A DNA stretch of 32,000 nucleotides. It comes from an uncultured archaeon. Its GTDB lineage: Archaea > Asgardarchaeota > Thorarchaeia > Thorarchaeales > Thorarchaeaceae. Below the pieces are notes generated by a model. It worked only from the letters and a program-made list of their open reading frames with translations, did no database searches and was not told the DNA's origin. Made by a program: the position numbers and the translations under genes. The stretch covers positions 66,000-97,999 of the forward strand of contig CAZYLT010000011.1 of NCBI GenBank assembly GCA_964648855.1, written 5' to 3'. Below, piece after piece: positions 1 through 9,025 of this stretch (within the stretch, counting starts at the first letter, position 1; the number at the start of each line of letters is the position of its first letter).

Positions 1-419
1 AGAATGAGTAGTGCAATGCCTCCTAAGGAATAGGGAACAATAATCGAGATAATTGCATCTATGAAGATACTGAGCGTGGACTTGTCAGCTGGATTGCCTC
101 TTGCTTTCATGTATGGAATGCGAATGAAGTCGCCCAGACTCCCGGGAATAGCTAGATTAGCCAGCTGTGCTATGCTTAGTGCTTCAGTGGCCTCGGTTGT
201 TTTGAGTCTAAGCCCAAGGCCCTCCGATATGATTTGCCAACGAGCTCCCTTTAGTACCATTATCGGAATTATCAGAAAGGCGATTCCAAGAATAGTGACT
301 GGGCTGACCGATAGAGAAGCGTTGACCATTGCGGTGAAATCGATAGTTGTGAGTATGTAGATGAACAACCCAATTCCTATGAAGCGAATTAGGTGTCTAG
401 CTAGCATACCCCTTTTCAT
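1..419 (-). CDS. Lysylphosphatidylglycerol synthase TM-domain / flippase-like (UPF0104) membrane protein; 5' part only, runs off the window start
   Basis: Not in the ORF track. My translation from ATG at 419 (GAGGG upstream) gives MKRGMLARHLIRFIGIGLFIYILTTIDF...LKGARWQII...LANLAIPGSLGDFIRIPYM, with the family-typical RW and NxxxPxxxGDxxR motifs and hydrophobic helices. Confidence 0.8.
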   Translation of the reverse strand, partial: MKRGMLARHLIRFIGIGLFIYILTTIDFTAMVNASLSVSPVTILGIAFLIIPIMVLKGARWQIISEGLGLRLKTTEATEALSIAQLANLAIPGSLGDFIRIPYMKARGNPADKSTLSIFIDAIISIIVPYSLGGIALLI

Positions 420-730
420 ATCAATCCCTCAAGGTCTGACCCACTCTGTTTGTATCTCATTCCCTATATTGGTGAATTCAGCAATGAAGATAGTGAGAAT
501 ATTGCTATTTCAATTCATCCAATGGGTACCAATAGACAGAGTCCGTTGAATCTATGAATGATATGCTCCCACTAAAAGCGGTATTAACTACCATATCAGT
601 GGTAGTTCATGGATTGAGGGCAGTTTTTGAAGTTGAAATTACCATCTATTTGGTTACATGGAGCATATGTCTCAAAAACCGCCTACCTATTATACTGGTT
701 TTTGCATCAAATGACTCAGCACTTGCCCAT

Positions 731-2116
731 ATGAAGAGGTGTCTGAAACTGCACGAAGAGGAAATCGAACCCGAAATTACAAGAGAACATGACCTCGAAG
801 GAACCGAGTCTGTCCAGGATTCTGCAAGCGAGATGCGATGGTTGTACGTCCTAGCAATTGGCCTGGGATTCTTTACCACAGGAATCAGCTGGAGTGTCTA
901 CAACAGCTATCTCCCCGCAGAGTTCCTTCCAACCTTCATTGTTGGTGATCTTCAAAATACCATAATTGGTGCTATAATGGTATTAGATAACATTCTGGCT
1001 GTTCTTATTCAACCATATATTGGGGCCAAGTCTGACAGCACTAGGACGAGATGGGGACGAAGGATGCCCTATATCATGGTTGGAACTCCTCTTGCTGCTG
1101 CCTTTTTCACGCTAATTGCATATGGATGGGCTGTCTTTGGTTTCTGGTTCATGCTGGCCATCATAACTATCTTCAATATTTCAATGGCTTTCTATCGAGC
1201 TCCTGTTGTAGCTCTGATGCCGGACTTGGTATCTTCAGAACATCGAACAAAAGCAAATGGCATCATTAATCTGATGGGTGGCATTGGTGCAATCTATGCC
1301 TTCGCGATTGCATCTCGTATATTCAAAATAAACAGCTCTGCATTGGGTGCCTTCCTTGGTGTGACTGCCGCACAAGTTGGGCCTATTCTTACTTTCCTGT
1401 CTACTTCCATCATCATGGTTGTGGCAGTAATCATCCTCTTTTTCGCCATCAAAGAACCAGAAGTAGCTCCTGTGGATGCGGACAAACCACGAGAAATCGG
1501 AATTGTTGAGGCATTTCGTGAGGTTTCCTTCTCCGAGGACAAGTCGGCTGCAGCGATACTTGGTGCCATTTTCATGTGGTTCTTTGGGTACAATGCAATT
1601 GAAACTTGGTTCACAAAATACGGGAATGAAATTCTTGGTTTTGCTGTTGAAGATGCTTCATTTCTTCTCACAGGCATTGCTCTGTCTTTTGTGATCTTCG
1701 CAGTCCCTGCAGGATTGTTAGCTGAAAAGGTAGGGAGACGGAACACGATACTTGTAGGCCTTCTGATTATGCACGCAAGCCTGATTGCGCTCTGGTTTTC
1801 AGCCGACTATAATACCATTCTTGGGATATTCGCTGTGGCCGGAATTGGTTGGGCATTTGTGAATGTGAACAGCATTGTTATTATGTGGGAGTTACTTGGA
1901 AAAGCCCGGATTGGAGCTGGTACTGGGCTCTACTACGCAGCCAGTATGGGCGCAGCAATAGTAGGTCCATTCATAGCAGGAGTATTCTTCGACCTTACGT
2001 CTATCAGCCTGCTATTTCCACTATCTCTCATTTTCTTCATTCTCGCCTTTGTCCTAACTATTGCTGTAAGGACCGGCGAAGCGGGGGATGAAAGTAAGAG
2101 TGAAATGGCCGCATAG
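731..2116 (+). CDS. MFS transporter, GPH/SLC45-like (maltose/sucrose-type)
   Basis: About 12 TM helices; GAKSDSTRTRWGRRMPY loop motif and LAEKVGRR in the C-terminal half. The track start (554) is probably too long; the true start is likely 731 (ATG) or 749 (CTG after GAGGTG). Confidence 0.85.
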   Translation: MKRCLKLHEEEIEPEITREHDLEGTESVQDSASEMRWLYVLAIGLGFFTTGISWSVYNSYLPAEFLPTFIVGDLQNTIIGAIMVLDNILAVLIQPYIGAKSDSTRTRWGRRMPYIMVGTPLAAAFFTLIAYGWAVFGFWFMLAIITIFNISMAFYRAPVVALMPDLVSSEHRTKANGIINLMGGIGAIYAFAIASRIFKINSSALGAFLGVTAAQVGPILTFLSTSIIMVVAVIILFFAIKEPEVAPVDADKPREIGIVEAFREVSFSEDKSAAAILGAIFMWFFGYNAIETWFTKYGNEILGFAVEDASFLLTGIALSFVIFAVPAGLLAEKVGRRNTILVGLLIMHASLIALWFSADYNTILGIFAVAGIGWAFVNVNSIVIMWELLGKARIGAGTGLYYAASMGAAIVGPFIAGVFFDLTSISLLFPLSLIFFILAFVLTIAVRTGEAGDESKSEMAA

Positions 2117-2122
2117 GTTTTT

Positions 2123-2150
2123 GAGGGTGGCATCTTTTTTATCCACCCTC
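2123..2150 (+). terminator. Hairpin after the MFS stop codon
   Basis: GAGGGTGG (2123-2130) / CCACCCTC (2143-2150) form a perfect 8-bp stem with a T-rich loop, 6 nt after the stop. Confidence 0.5.
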
Positions 2151-2269
2151 TCTAGCTTCTTCCCAGCATAGTATTCACCCGAATACGTTGAATGGTTTTG
2201 AATTTGTTTTTGAAACATCATCACGCAATGTGAGAACCATTAATAGCAGTAATAGAAGTAAAGGTCATA

Positions 2270-2989
2270 ATGAAAGACCGGAAACACACTATTTGTGAAA
2301 TCTGTGGTCAGCCCATCACTGTAGATGAGACTAGAGTCAACGCTTCTGGTTGGCTTGGCTCACTGGTGGGATACGGTGGAGATGTTCACTACTCTTGTGC
2401 TGCTCGCATTGCTAATGATCGAGCCTATCTTTCTGGCGAGCCGCCGTGGGACATAGGACGCCATCATCCTGAGTTAGAACGATTGGTGGAATCAGGAGAA
2501 TTAGAAAGAGGGCAAGTTCTTATTCCTGGAGTTGGTCTTGGTCAGAATGCGATTTATCTTGCTAACCACGGATTCGAAGTGGTTGCGGTTGACATATCCC
2601 AGGAGGCAATCAAGAAGCTAAATCAGAGAGCATGTACAGCAAATGTGAAGATACGTACTGTAGTCACCGATTTCATAACAGATGACAAGAGAATCGAGGG
2701 GTCTTACGATTACGTTTTCGAACGGTCCTTCCTTCAGACTCTTCCGCCAATGCTGAGACTGAAATATTTTCAAAGAGTTGCTAAAATCTTACGACCAGAT
2801 GGGATGTACATAGGTATTATTCGTGGCCCTAGACATCCGCCGGCTACTAACCAACCGTACTCATTCGAGCGAAAGGAGATTGTGGATTTGATTACGCCCG
2901 ATTTCCAGAGGCATGAGATTTCCAAAACCGTTTCTGGACAAGGCGATGGTGTCCGAAATTACTGGTTAGTAAAAGCTTACATCAACTAG
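2270..2989 (+). CDS. Class I SAM-dependent methyltransferase (TPMT/TehB-like) with N-terminal CxxC...HxxC extension
   Basis: PPWDIG, motif I VLIPGVGLG, VVAVDIS, YDYVFER, LRPDG. Confidence 0.85.
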   Translation: MKDRKHTICEICGQPITVDETRVNASGWLGSLVGYGGDVHYSCAARIANDRAYLSGEPPWDIGRHHPELERLVESGELERGQVLIPGVGLGQNAIYLANHGFEVVAVDISQEAIKKLNQRACTANVKIRTVVTDFITDDKRIEGSYDYVFERSFLQTLPPMLRLKYFQRVAKILRPDGMYIGIIRGPRHPPATNQPYSFERKEIVDLITPDFQRHEISKTVSGQGDGVRNYWLVKAYIN

Positions 2990-4106
2990 ACACCTTGTTT
3001 GCTTGAGGTGAATAGACACCATCACATTCTTCATCTCTACTGCTTCCAACAAATATCAACAGGCCGAGCGTTGACATGAATGCTGCAAAAATCATTATTG
3101 CATGATAACCGGGCCAAAGTGCAAACAGCACAGTAGCGATAATCGGGCCCAAAACCCCTGATATTGACATGACAGATGTTAGAAGGCCGGAGGCGGTTGA
3201 TCTGTCCAAGTTTCGTTCTGTGACGTACTTGAGCGCTCCAACATAAAGGCAAGACCAGGCAAAGCCAAGGATGATTTGTGTTGGGATGACCTGCAGCACG
3301 TTCGTGACGAAAACAAGCGAAGTGAAGGTTAAAGCCGAGCCAACAAGTCCGGTTGCAACAAGTGTTCTACATCTGAATCTATCTGTGAAACCAGCCATGA
3401 ATATGACCTGTGAAACTGCATTTGTCGCTTGAATCATGCCAATTAGGAAGTAATCCGCACCAATATCGAATAGGAATAATGGCCAAAGTGTCCATAGAGC
3501 AGAGGCACTGCTATGGCGGATTAAGACTGCAGTGTATACTGACCAATTACGTTTCAGAGTTTCAATAGGAAATAGAGGAACATCTACTGCTGGATGATGC
3601 ACAGTGGGCAGCGTCATTGTGCAGACAAAAGCCAGCGCAAAGAATAGAGTAGATACCAAAAATGAATTGTATATTCCAAAACCTGCTGCAAATCCTGCAG
3701 CTACCGTTCCAATGCCCCATCCAACAGCTCCGAAAGCGGCGAATTTTCCCATCTTGATATCCGACTCAAATGCATACGCCGCAAGAGCTCCCGGATACAT
3801 TCCGATGCAGAAGCCGTTTAGAATGCGAATAACAAATAGGATTGACGGATCTGAGGCAAACAGCAGAAGTGTAGAGCTTACAGTGCACAGAAGGAGTCCT
3901 CCCCTCAGGATAATCCGCCTCCCATAAATATCCCCAGCTCTTCCGAAGATATAGGATGAAACAAATGCTGCAATAGCATAAGCACCAACAATGAATGTGA
4001 TATAGAACTCATCTGTGCCAAGAAACTCTCTAGCAAGAATTGGTATGTAGGTGCCAGCTGAGAATACAGCCGCACCCGCCATCATCTGGATTGTCTGAGT
4101 ACGCAA
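2982..4106 (-). CDS. MFS transporter
   Basis: Motif A (FGRAGDIYGRR), IRILNGFCIG, about 12 TM helices. Confidence 0.9.
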   Translation of the reverse strand: MRTQTIQMMAGAAVFSAGTYIPILAREFLGTDEFYITFIVGAYAIAAFVSSYIFGRAGDIYGRRIILRGGLLLCTVSSTLLLFASDPSILFVIRILNGFCIGMYPGALAAYAFESDIKMGKFAAFGAVGWGIGTVAAGFAAGFGIYNSFLVSTLFFALAFVCTMTLPTVHHPAVDVPLFPIETLKRNWSVYTAVLIRHSSASALWTLWPLFLFDIGADYFLIGMIQATNAVSQVIFMAGFTDRFRCRTLVATGLVGSALTFTSLVFVTNVLQVIPTQIILGFAWSCLYVGALKYVTERNLDRSTASGLLTSVMSISGVLGPIIATVLFALWPGYHAIMIFAAFMSTLGLLIFVGSSRDEECDGVYSPQANKVSS

Positions 4107-4557
4107 CAGGCCATCACTAATTCAAAGACAAAAGCAGCCATCTAATTAAGCGTATGATTATGTCAATTGGATTTATGGCACTATCCTGCAATAAATGACC
4201 ATTGTCACATACTCCTTGCTGTCGGAGGACTTTATGAGGAGAACGGGTGCAGATGATGAAATACAAGATGGTCTGTCCGTCGACTACATATGTAGGATGA
4301 TTTTGAACGACTTGACATCAATCACAAAGATGAGACTCCCTTGGCGGTCAAACATGTATCCTGACATTAAGCAAAAACATCATGTAGAGTGAACGAATTG
4401 CCTGTTTTCAATACATCGTTCTCCTGCAATCTACTACATCCCCAGAGTAGACTATAGGGTACTTTATCAATGCCTCCACTCCAAGGCAATCTCTTCATCA
4501 GAAGTGATGAACTCATTCAGCCTTATTCACGGGCTGCCTGCTTGGTGTCGTAGTCTA

Positions 4558-5877
4558 TCACTCCTCACATTTGAGTGGCGGATATCGATTTCCAATACGT
4601 TGATTCCAGGTTCTGCGAAATGCCTTAGATTTCCACACATTATATACTACAAAGCCGATGATAAGCCACCCTGCGCCAATAAGGAGGGCATCAACTCCCA
4701 GAAAGAGTATTAGTATCAATGGTACGACTATTCCCAAGTATGTGAGGTAAGGAAAGTAAGGGACCTTGTAGGCTCTCTTGAGATTAGCAAATCTTTTTCT
4801 TAGAGCCAAGACTGAAAGGCACACCATAGAAACTACGAGCATATAAGCGAAATTTGATATTTCAGCTATTGCTGTAACACCTTCAGATATGATGAGCGCT
4901 AAGCAGATGATTGCAGTTATGGCGACTGCGTTGGTTGGCACGTCTCTCTTGGACAGCCTAGCAAAGAATTGTGGCAAGAATTCATCTCTGGCCAAGGCAT
5001 ACGCGTTTCTCGAGGCTGCCATGAGTGCCACATTCAGTGTGGAGAGTGTCGCAAGAGCAGCTGCAAACACCAATAGGTTTCTCCAAATCCCAACATCAAA
5101 GAACTGAAGGAGTGCAACCTCAGGATTGATTATTTCTCCGGCGCTTACAGCACCAGCAAAGACGAAGGCGAATCCTGTGTAGAGAATGCCAGAGATGACC
5201 ACAGATGCTATCAATGCCTTTGGGATTGTAATCCTCGGTTCCTTGACCTCCGCCGATATTGTGGTTATGGTTTCGAATCCAATGTAACAGAGAAATACAA
5301 TACTGGTGGCAGGCAATAACGCAAAGACACCATTTGGAAACATGTTTTGATAACTAGAGATGTCAGTGATCAATACCCCCCTTCCAATGAATATGATGAA
5401 CATGATGATTAGGGCCGCAGTGATAATCTTCTCAGCTTCTATGACCTTTGTTACCCCTGAAAAGTTGATGGCAGCGAAAATTAGAAAGGTGATCACGGCT
5501 ACGGGAAGTGCAGGAACGGTTGTTCCGCTGGTTATGTAGAGCGAAAAAGCTGCCGCACTGAAAGAAGCATAGGCCATATTGCCCATCCAAATAAGCCAAC
5601 CTACGTAGTATGCCGAACTGCCGAATGCTTCCTCAACAAAGCAGAATCCTCCTCCTTCAACAGGATACATAGCAGCCATCTCGCCATAGTGCATGGCGAT
5701 AGCCACTGCCAGAATAAAATTGAAAATGAATGCAAGAATCACGGATGGGCCCGTTATTGCCGTTGCGTCTCCTAGCAGGACAAACACACCTGCGCCCATT
5801 GTTGCTCCAACGCCAAGCATCGTAAGTCCTAAAAGACCAACGTTCCTATGAAATTCCTTTTCTTGAATAACTGACAT
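4558..5877 (-). CDS. APC-family amino acid permease
   Basis: GATMGAGVF, YGEMAAMYPVEGG, YIGFETITTISAEVKEP, SRNAYALARD. Confidence 0.92.
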   Translation of the reverse strand: MSVIQEKEFHRNVGLLGLTMLGVGATMGAGVFVLLGDATAITGPSVILAFIFNFILAVAIAMHYGEMAAMYPVEGGGFCFVEEAFGSSAYYVGWLIWMGNMAYASFSAAAFSLYITSGTTVPALPVAVITFLIFAAINFSGVTKVIEAEKIITAALIIMFIIFIGRGVLITDISSYQNMFPNGVFALLPATSIVFLCYIGFETITTISAEVKEPRITIPKALIASVVISGILYTGFAFVFAGAVSAGEIINPEVALLQFFDVGIWRNLLVFAAALATLSTLNVALMAASRNAYALARDEFLPQFFARLSKRDVPTNAVAITAIICLALIISEGVTAIAEISNFAYMLVVSMVCLSVLALRKRFANLKRAYKVPYFPYLTYLGIVVPLILILFLGVDALLIGAGWLIIGFVVYNVWKSKAFRRTWNQRIGNRYPPLKCEE

Positions 5878-5973
5878 ACCTGTCTAAAAAACACGCAATT
5901 AATATATTCTTCGTTGGTAGAAATACCATTACTGAGAATTGTGGCAAGTATGAAGATGATTGGCTGGGCCATC

Positions 5974-7023
5974 TCATCTACAATCTTTCAGTAGAAACTC
6001 ATACACCAATTTCAGCGTATTCTTCACGTCATTCAGCCTGATAGTTTCGAAACTGCTATGTGAATATCGGCAAGGAACCCCAACGGCTGCAACCTTTTGA
6101 CCTTGAGAAGCGATTCTATAGCCGTCTGTTGCATAGTTATGATACACAGCTCTTTGGAATTCAATATTGTTGTCACGTGCGGTATTCGACAATGCTTCGG
6201 TTATCTGATGGGAGTAAACGATTTGGCTATCTTTGATGACAATCACTGGTCCCTTGCCCAGACCGACATTTGCTTCTCCCTGTGTTCCTGGATAATCGTC
6301 TGCTAACCCGATCTCTATTACAAGTACGGCATCAGCATCTATCTCATCAGCGATGGCAGTCGCACCCTTGGCTCCTATTTCCTCCATAACTGTAGAAACA
6401 AAAGTTACTGTTGGTTTCGAGTCTTCAGAGACCTCCGAAAGCAGTTGTGCCAGCCGCACCATGATAGCCAGTCCAATTCTATCATCAATGCATTTTCCAA
6501 CCACGTTTTTCCCGATTAATGTAGTTTCAGTATCATAGACAACATGGGTTCCAATATCAATACCCTTCTCATTGACTTCTTCTGATGATTGTGCTCCAAT
6601 ATCGATAAAGACTTCATCCCAAGATGGTATCTTCTTTTTTCCTTTTGCCCCTGCGATGTGGGCTGTTTTCACACAGAAGCAACCGGGTATCATCCCTTGC
6701 TCAGCCATGAACAACACCCTTTGGCCAGGCATAAGACGCATATCCGGTTGATATCCTTGGGTATTCCATTTCGCCTGTATGAACCCATTGTCATCAATAT
6801 TGCTCACCAAGAATCCTACTTCATCTGCATGAGCTACAATAACATAGTGCCTTCTTGTACCCCCCATTGTGGCCGTTAAATTGCCAATCTTGTCTGTTTT
6901 AATCTCATCGCAATACTGAGATAATTCATCTCTAACCCGTTTCTGTACAATCTCTTCGCGGCCTACTGGTCCTGGCAACTCACATAGTTCTTTGAGCGTC
7001 GCAAATATATCCTCAGACAACAA
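5974..7023 (-). CDS. M42-family (TET/Frv-like) metallo-aminopeptidase
   Basis: AHADEVG, DDRIG, EEIGAKGA and YSHS metal/catalytic motifs. Start probably TTG near 7023 rather than the track start 7143. Confidence 0.9.
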   Translation of the reverse strand: MLSEDIFATLKELCELPGPVGREEIVQKRVRDELSQYCDEIKTDKIGNLTATMGGTRRHYVIVAHADEVGFLVSNIDDNGFIQAKWNTQGYQPDMRLMPGQRVLFMAEQGMIPGCFCVKTAHIAGAKGKKKIPSWDEVFIDIGAQSSEEVNEKGIDIGTHVVYDTETTLIGKNVVGKCIDDRIGLAIMVRLAQLLSEVSEDSKPTVTFVSTVMEEIGAKGATAIADEIDADAVLVIEIGLADDYPGTQGEANVGLGKGPVIVIKDSQIVYSHQITEALSNTARDNNIEFQRAVYHNYATDGYRIASQGQKVAAVGVPCRYSHSSFETIRLNDVKNTLKLVYEFLLKDCR

Positions 7024-7373
7024 TATCCCTACCGATTCAATTTGGTTGAACATATAAATACGATTCATTGATGTAGACTCGCATAGCAGAAGAACCTCAG
7101 AATAACAAAATACAAACATGTCCGCCAATTCAACACAGTCCATCTCTCAGTGTGAACAAATTCAATCAATGATTATCAGCGTACGCACGATTGTCCTTTT
7201 GGTGGTAGCAATCCTTTCTCTAGCACTGGCGTTATATGGTGTCAGATATGGGCACTGATGCTATCCTCTTCCTTTGAGATTTGCAGTTACTTACTACCAT
7301 GTATATCCGGATATTATAGAGCGATTATTCAGCTATTACCTGAGCATATATACCGTCATACACACCATATTGT

Positions 7374-7829
7374 ATGGCATTCGAAGACATTCTAATCGGA
7401 CTTGGAATTGGGCTCCTAATTTCATTTTTTATCTATGTTATAATGGCAATCCGTCTGCGCCATCGTATATCCCAAGTAGAATCCGAATTCCAGAAACTTT
7501 GGGCTCAGCAGGAATCGAGTGTCAGAAAGGATGCTGCTAATAGAAGCCGATATGTTCTCAAGGGGAAAATTGCAGAGCACATGGTCCCCATGCTGAGTGA
7601 TATATTCACTTACGATCCGTCTGATGCCAGATTCATTGGCTCTCCTATCGACTATCTCATCTTTGATGGCTATACTGAAGTGAAGGACACCAAGTCAGGG
7701 TGTCCGATAACAGTGGTATTGGCTGATATCAAGACCGGTGATGCTCGATTAAACAGGACAGAAAAGAGAATTAAAGAGGCAGTGGAGGCGGGCAGGGTCC
7801 GGTGGGAAACCCTTAGGGTAGATTTCTGA
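7374..7829 (+). CDS. Holliday-junction-resolvase-like endonuclease (Endonuc_Holl family) with N-terminal TM anchor
   Basis: SRYVLKGKIAEHMVP, DARFIGSPIDYLIFDG, ADIKTG, V(E)AGRVRW; residues 6-27 are hydrophobic. Confidence 0.85.
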   Translation: MAFEDILIGLGIGLLISFFIYVIMAIRLRHRISQVESEFQKLWAQQESSVRKDAANRSRYVLKGKIAEHMVPMLSDIFTYDPSDARFIGSPIDYLIFDGYTEVKDTKSGCPITVVLADIKTGDARLNRTEKRIKEAVEAGRVRWETLRVDF

Positions 7830-7926
7830 ACAGGAATTTTCTTCTTAATCGGTTCCCCGATTGGCAAGTAATTAGAACAGGTGTTCTAGCTAGTCTTAGG
7901 AAGAGTGATTTTTTCTGCAGAAATTA

Positions 7927-8256
7927 CTACTCGTGGAAACAATCTCGCATTAGTGCTTTCATCAATGCATCTCTTATGGTGCCTTCGTCAGGAAGGCCCA
8001 AAATCTTCTCGTGGCAAATTGCAATCGTTGGGAGACCAAGGATTTCCTCCTCATATACACTCTCCTCGTTTTGTCCCACATCTATTTCCATCACAGACTT
8101 CTTAGACATTCCAAATTGAGTCAAGGTGTCCGATAGGATCTCATGTGCAGCATCGCAAAAGAAACAGTAGTCGCTCCTATAGAAAGTGATGCAGCTGGAC
8201 TGGTCGCATCCTTGTTTAGAATTCAGTGCTGTGGTGGCAAGCGCACTTGATTTCAT
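7927..8256 (-). CDS. Thioredoxin/glutaredoxin-like protein
   Basis: CFFC active-site motif, EIDV, cis-Pro LPTI; GGAGGT ribosome-binding site upstream. Confidence 0.75.
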   Translation of the reverse strand: MKSSALATTALNSKQGCDQSSCITFYRSDYCFFCDAAHEILSDTLTQFGMSKKSVMEIDVGQNEESVYEEEILGLPTIAICHEKILGLPDEGTIRDALMKALMRDCFHE

Positions 8257-8344
8257 TCAGGTACCTCCCGGATTGTACTGTGCAGCTGTAGTACACGCCT
8301 GAATATATAGGGCTAATTGGTGTGAATACAAAATATTAGGCCAA

Positions 8345-8830
8345 TCAATCTGCTTCGTTTCTAGCTTCAAAATCCTTATGTAGCTTTTTTGCGAGGCTTA
8401 CTCCAAATTCAAATGCCCGTTCCCGTTCTCCATCCGCCAGAGGCCCTTTTCTTCCCTCTACCTTGCATGAAAGGCCTGACATCACACACTCGATTCCAGG
8501 CAACTTATCTTCAATAATCTTCTCAAGTTTGTTAAGTGCAACGCCCCTGTTACCTCCGGTATAGGTGTCAAATGCAGCTCCTATTTTGCATTTTGGGTGA
8601 ACTATTGATGCCCTTTCTATGAATTTGACAAGGTTATTGGCTGGCTTTTGGTTATGGTTAGGACAACCGAGGAGAATCGCATCATAGGCAAGTAACTGAT
8701 CTGTATGAATCTCACTAGGCTTGACAACTCTAACTTCAGTATCCCCAGAATTGCTGATTCCCTTACCTATCTCTTCAGCAATGAGTTTCGTATTACCATA
8801 GACACTCTCGTATACAACAATAGTCTTGAA
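8345..8830 (-). CDS. Flavodoxin-domain protein
   Basis: VVYESVYGNTK FMN-binding loop, LLGCPNH, GAAFDT. Start at 8830 or 8848. Confidence 0.88.
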   Translation of the reverse strand, partial: FKTIVVYESVYGNTKLIAEEIGKGISNSGDTEVRVVKPSEIHTDQLLAYDAILLGCPNHNQKPANNLVKFIERASIVHPKCKIGAAFDTYTGGNRGVALNKLEKIIEDKLPGIECVMSGLSCKVEGRKGPLADGERERAFEFGVSLAKKLHKDFEARNEAD

Positions 8831-9025
8831 CATAGGAACTCGTTGCATCCAGCATTACTCCCCCTATTTGAGTTGCTCGGCTTTAACTATGTATTTTCAT
8901 GAATATTCCATATCTCCGGGGCCAGTTCATTCACTTGGGAATTTGTAAATAACACTTATTACCCATCGTGCTTTCTCCCGCCCAGCGAACCATAATTCGC
9001 GTACGCAAGTCGGGAGGACTATGAT

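Noticed and set aside
61-549. Plus-strand ORFs of 99 and 62 aa
   Set aside because: They are antisense shadows of the minus-strand membrane-protein gene (1-419).
4195-4392. 65-aa ORF in the gap between the MFS and APC genes
   Set aside because: No motif, no clear ribosome-binding site and no other support.
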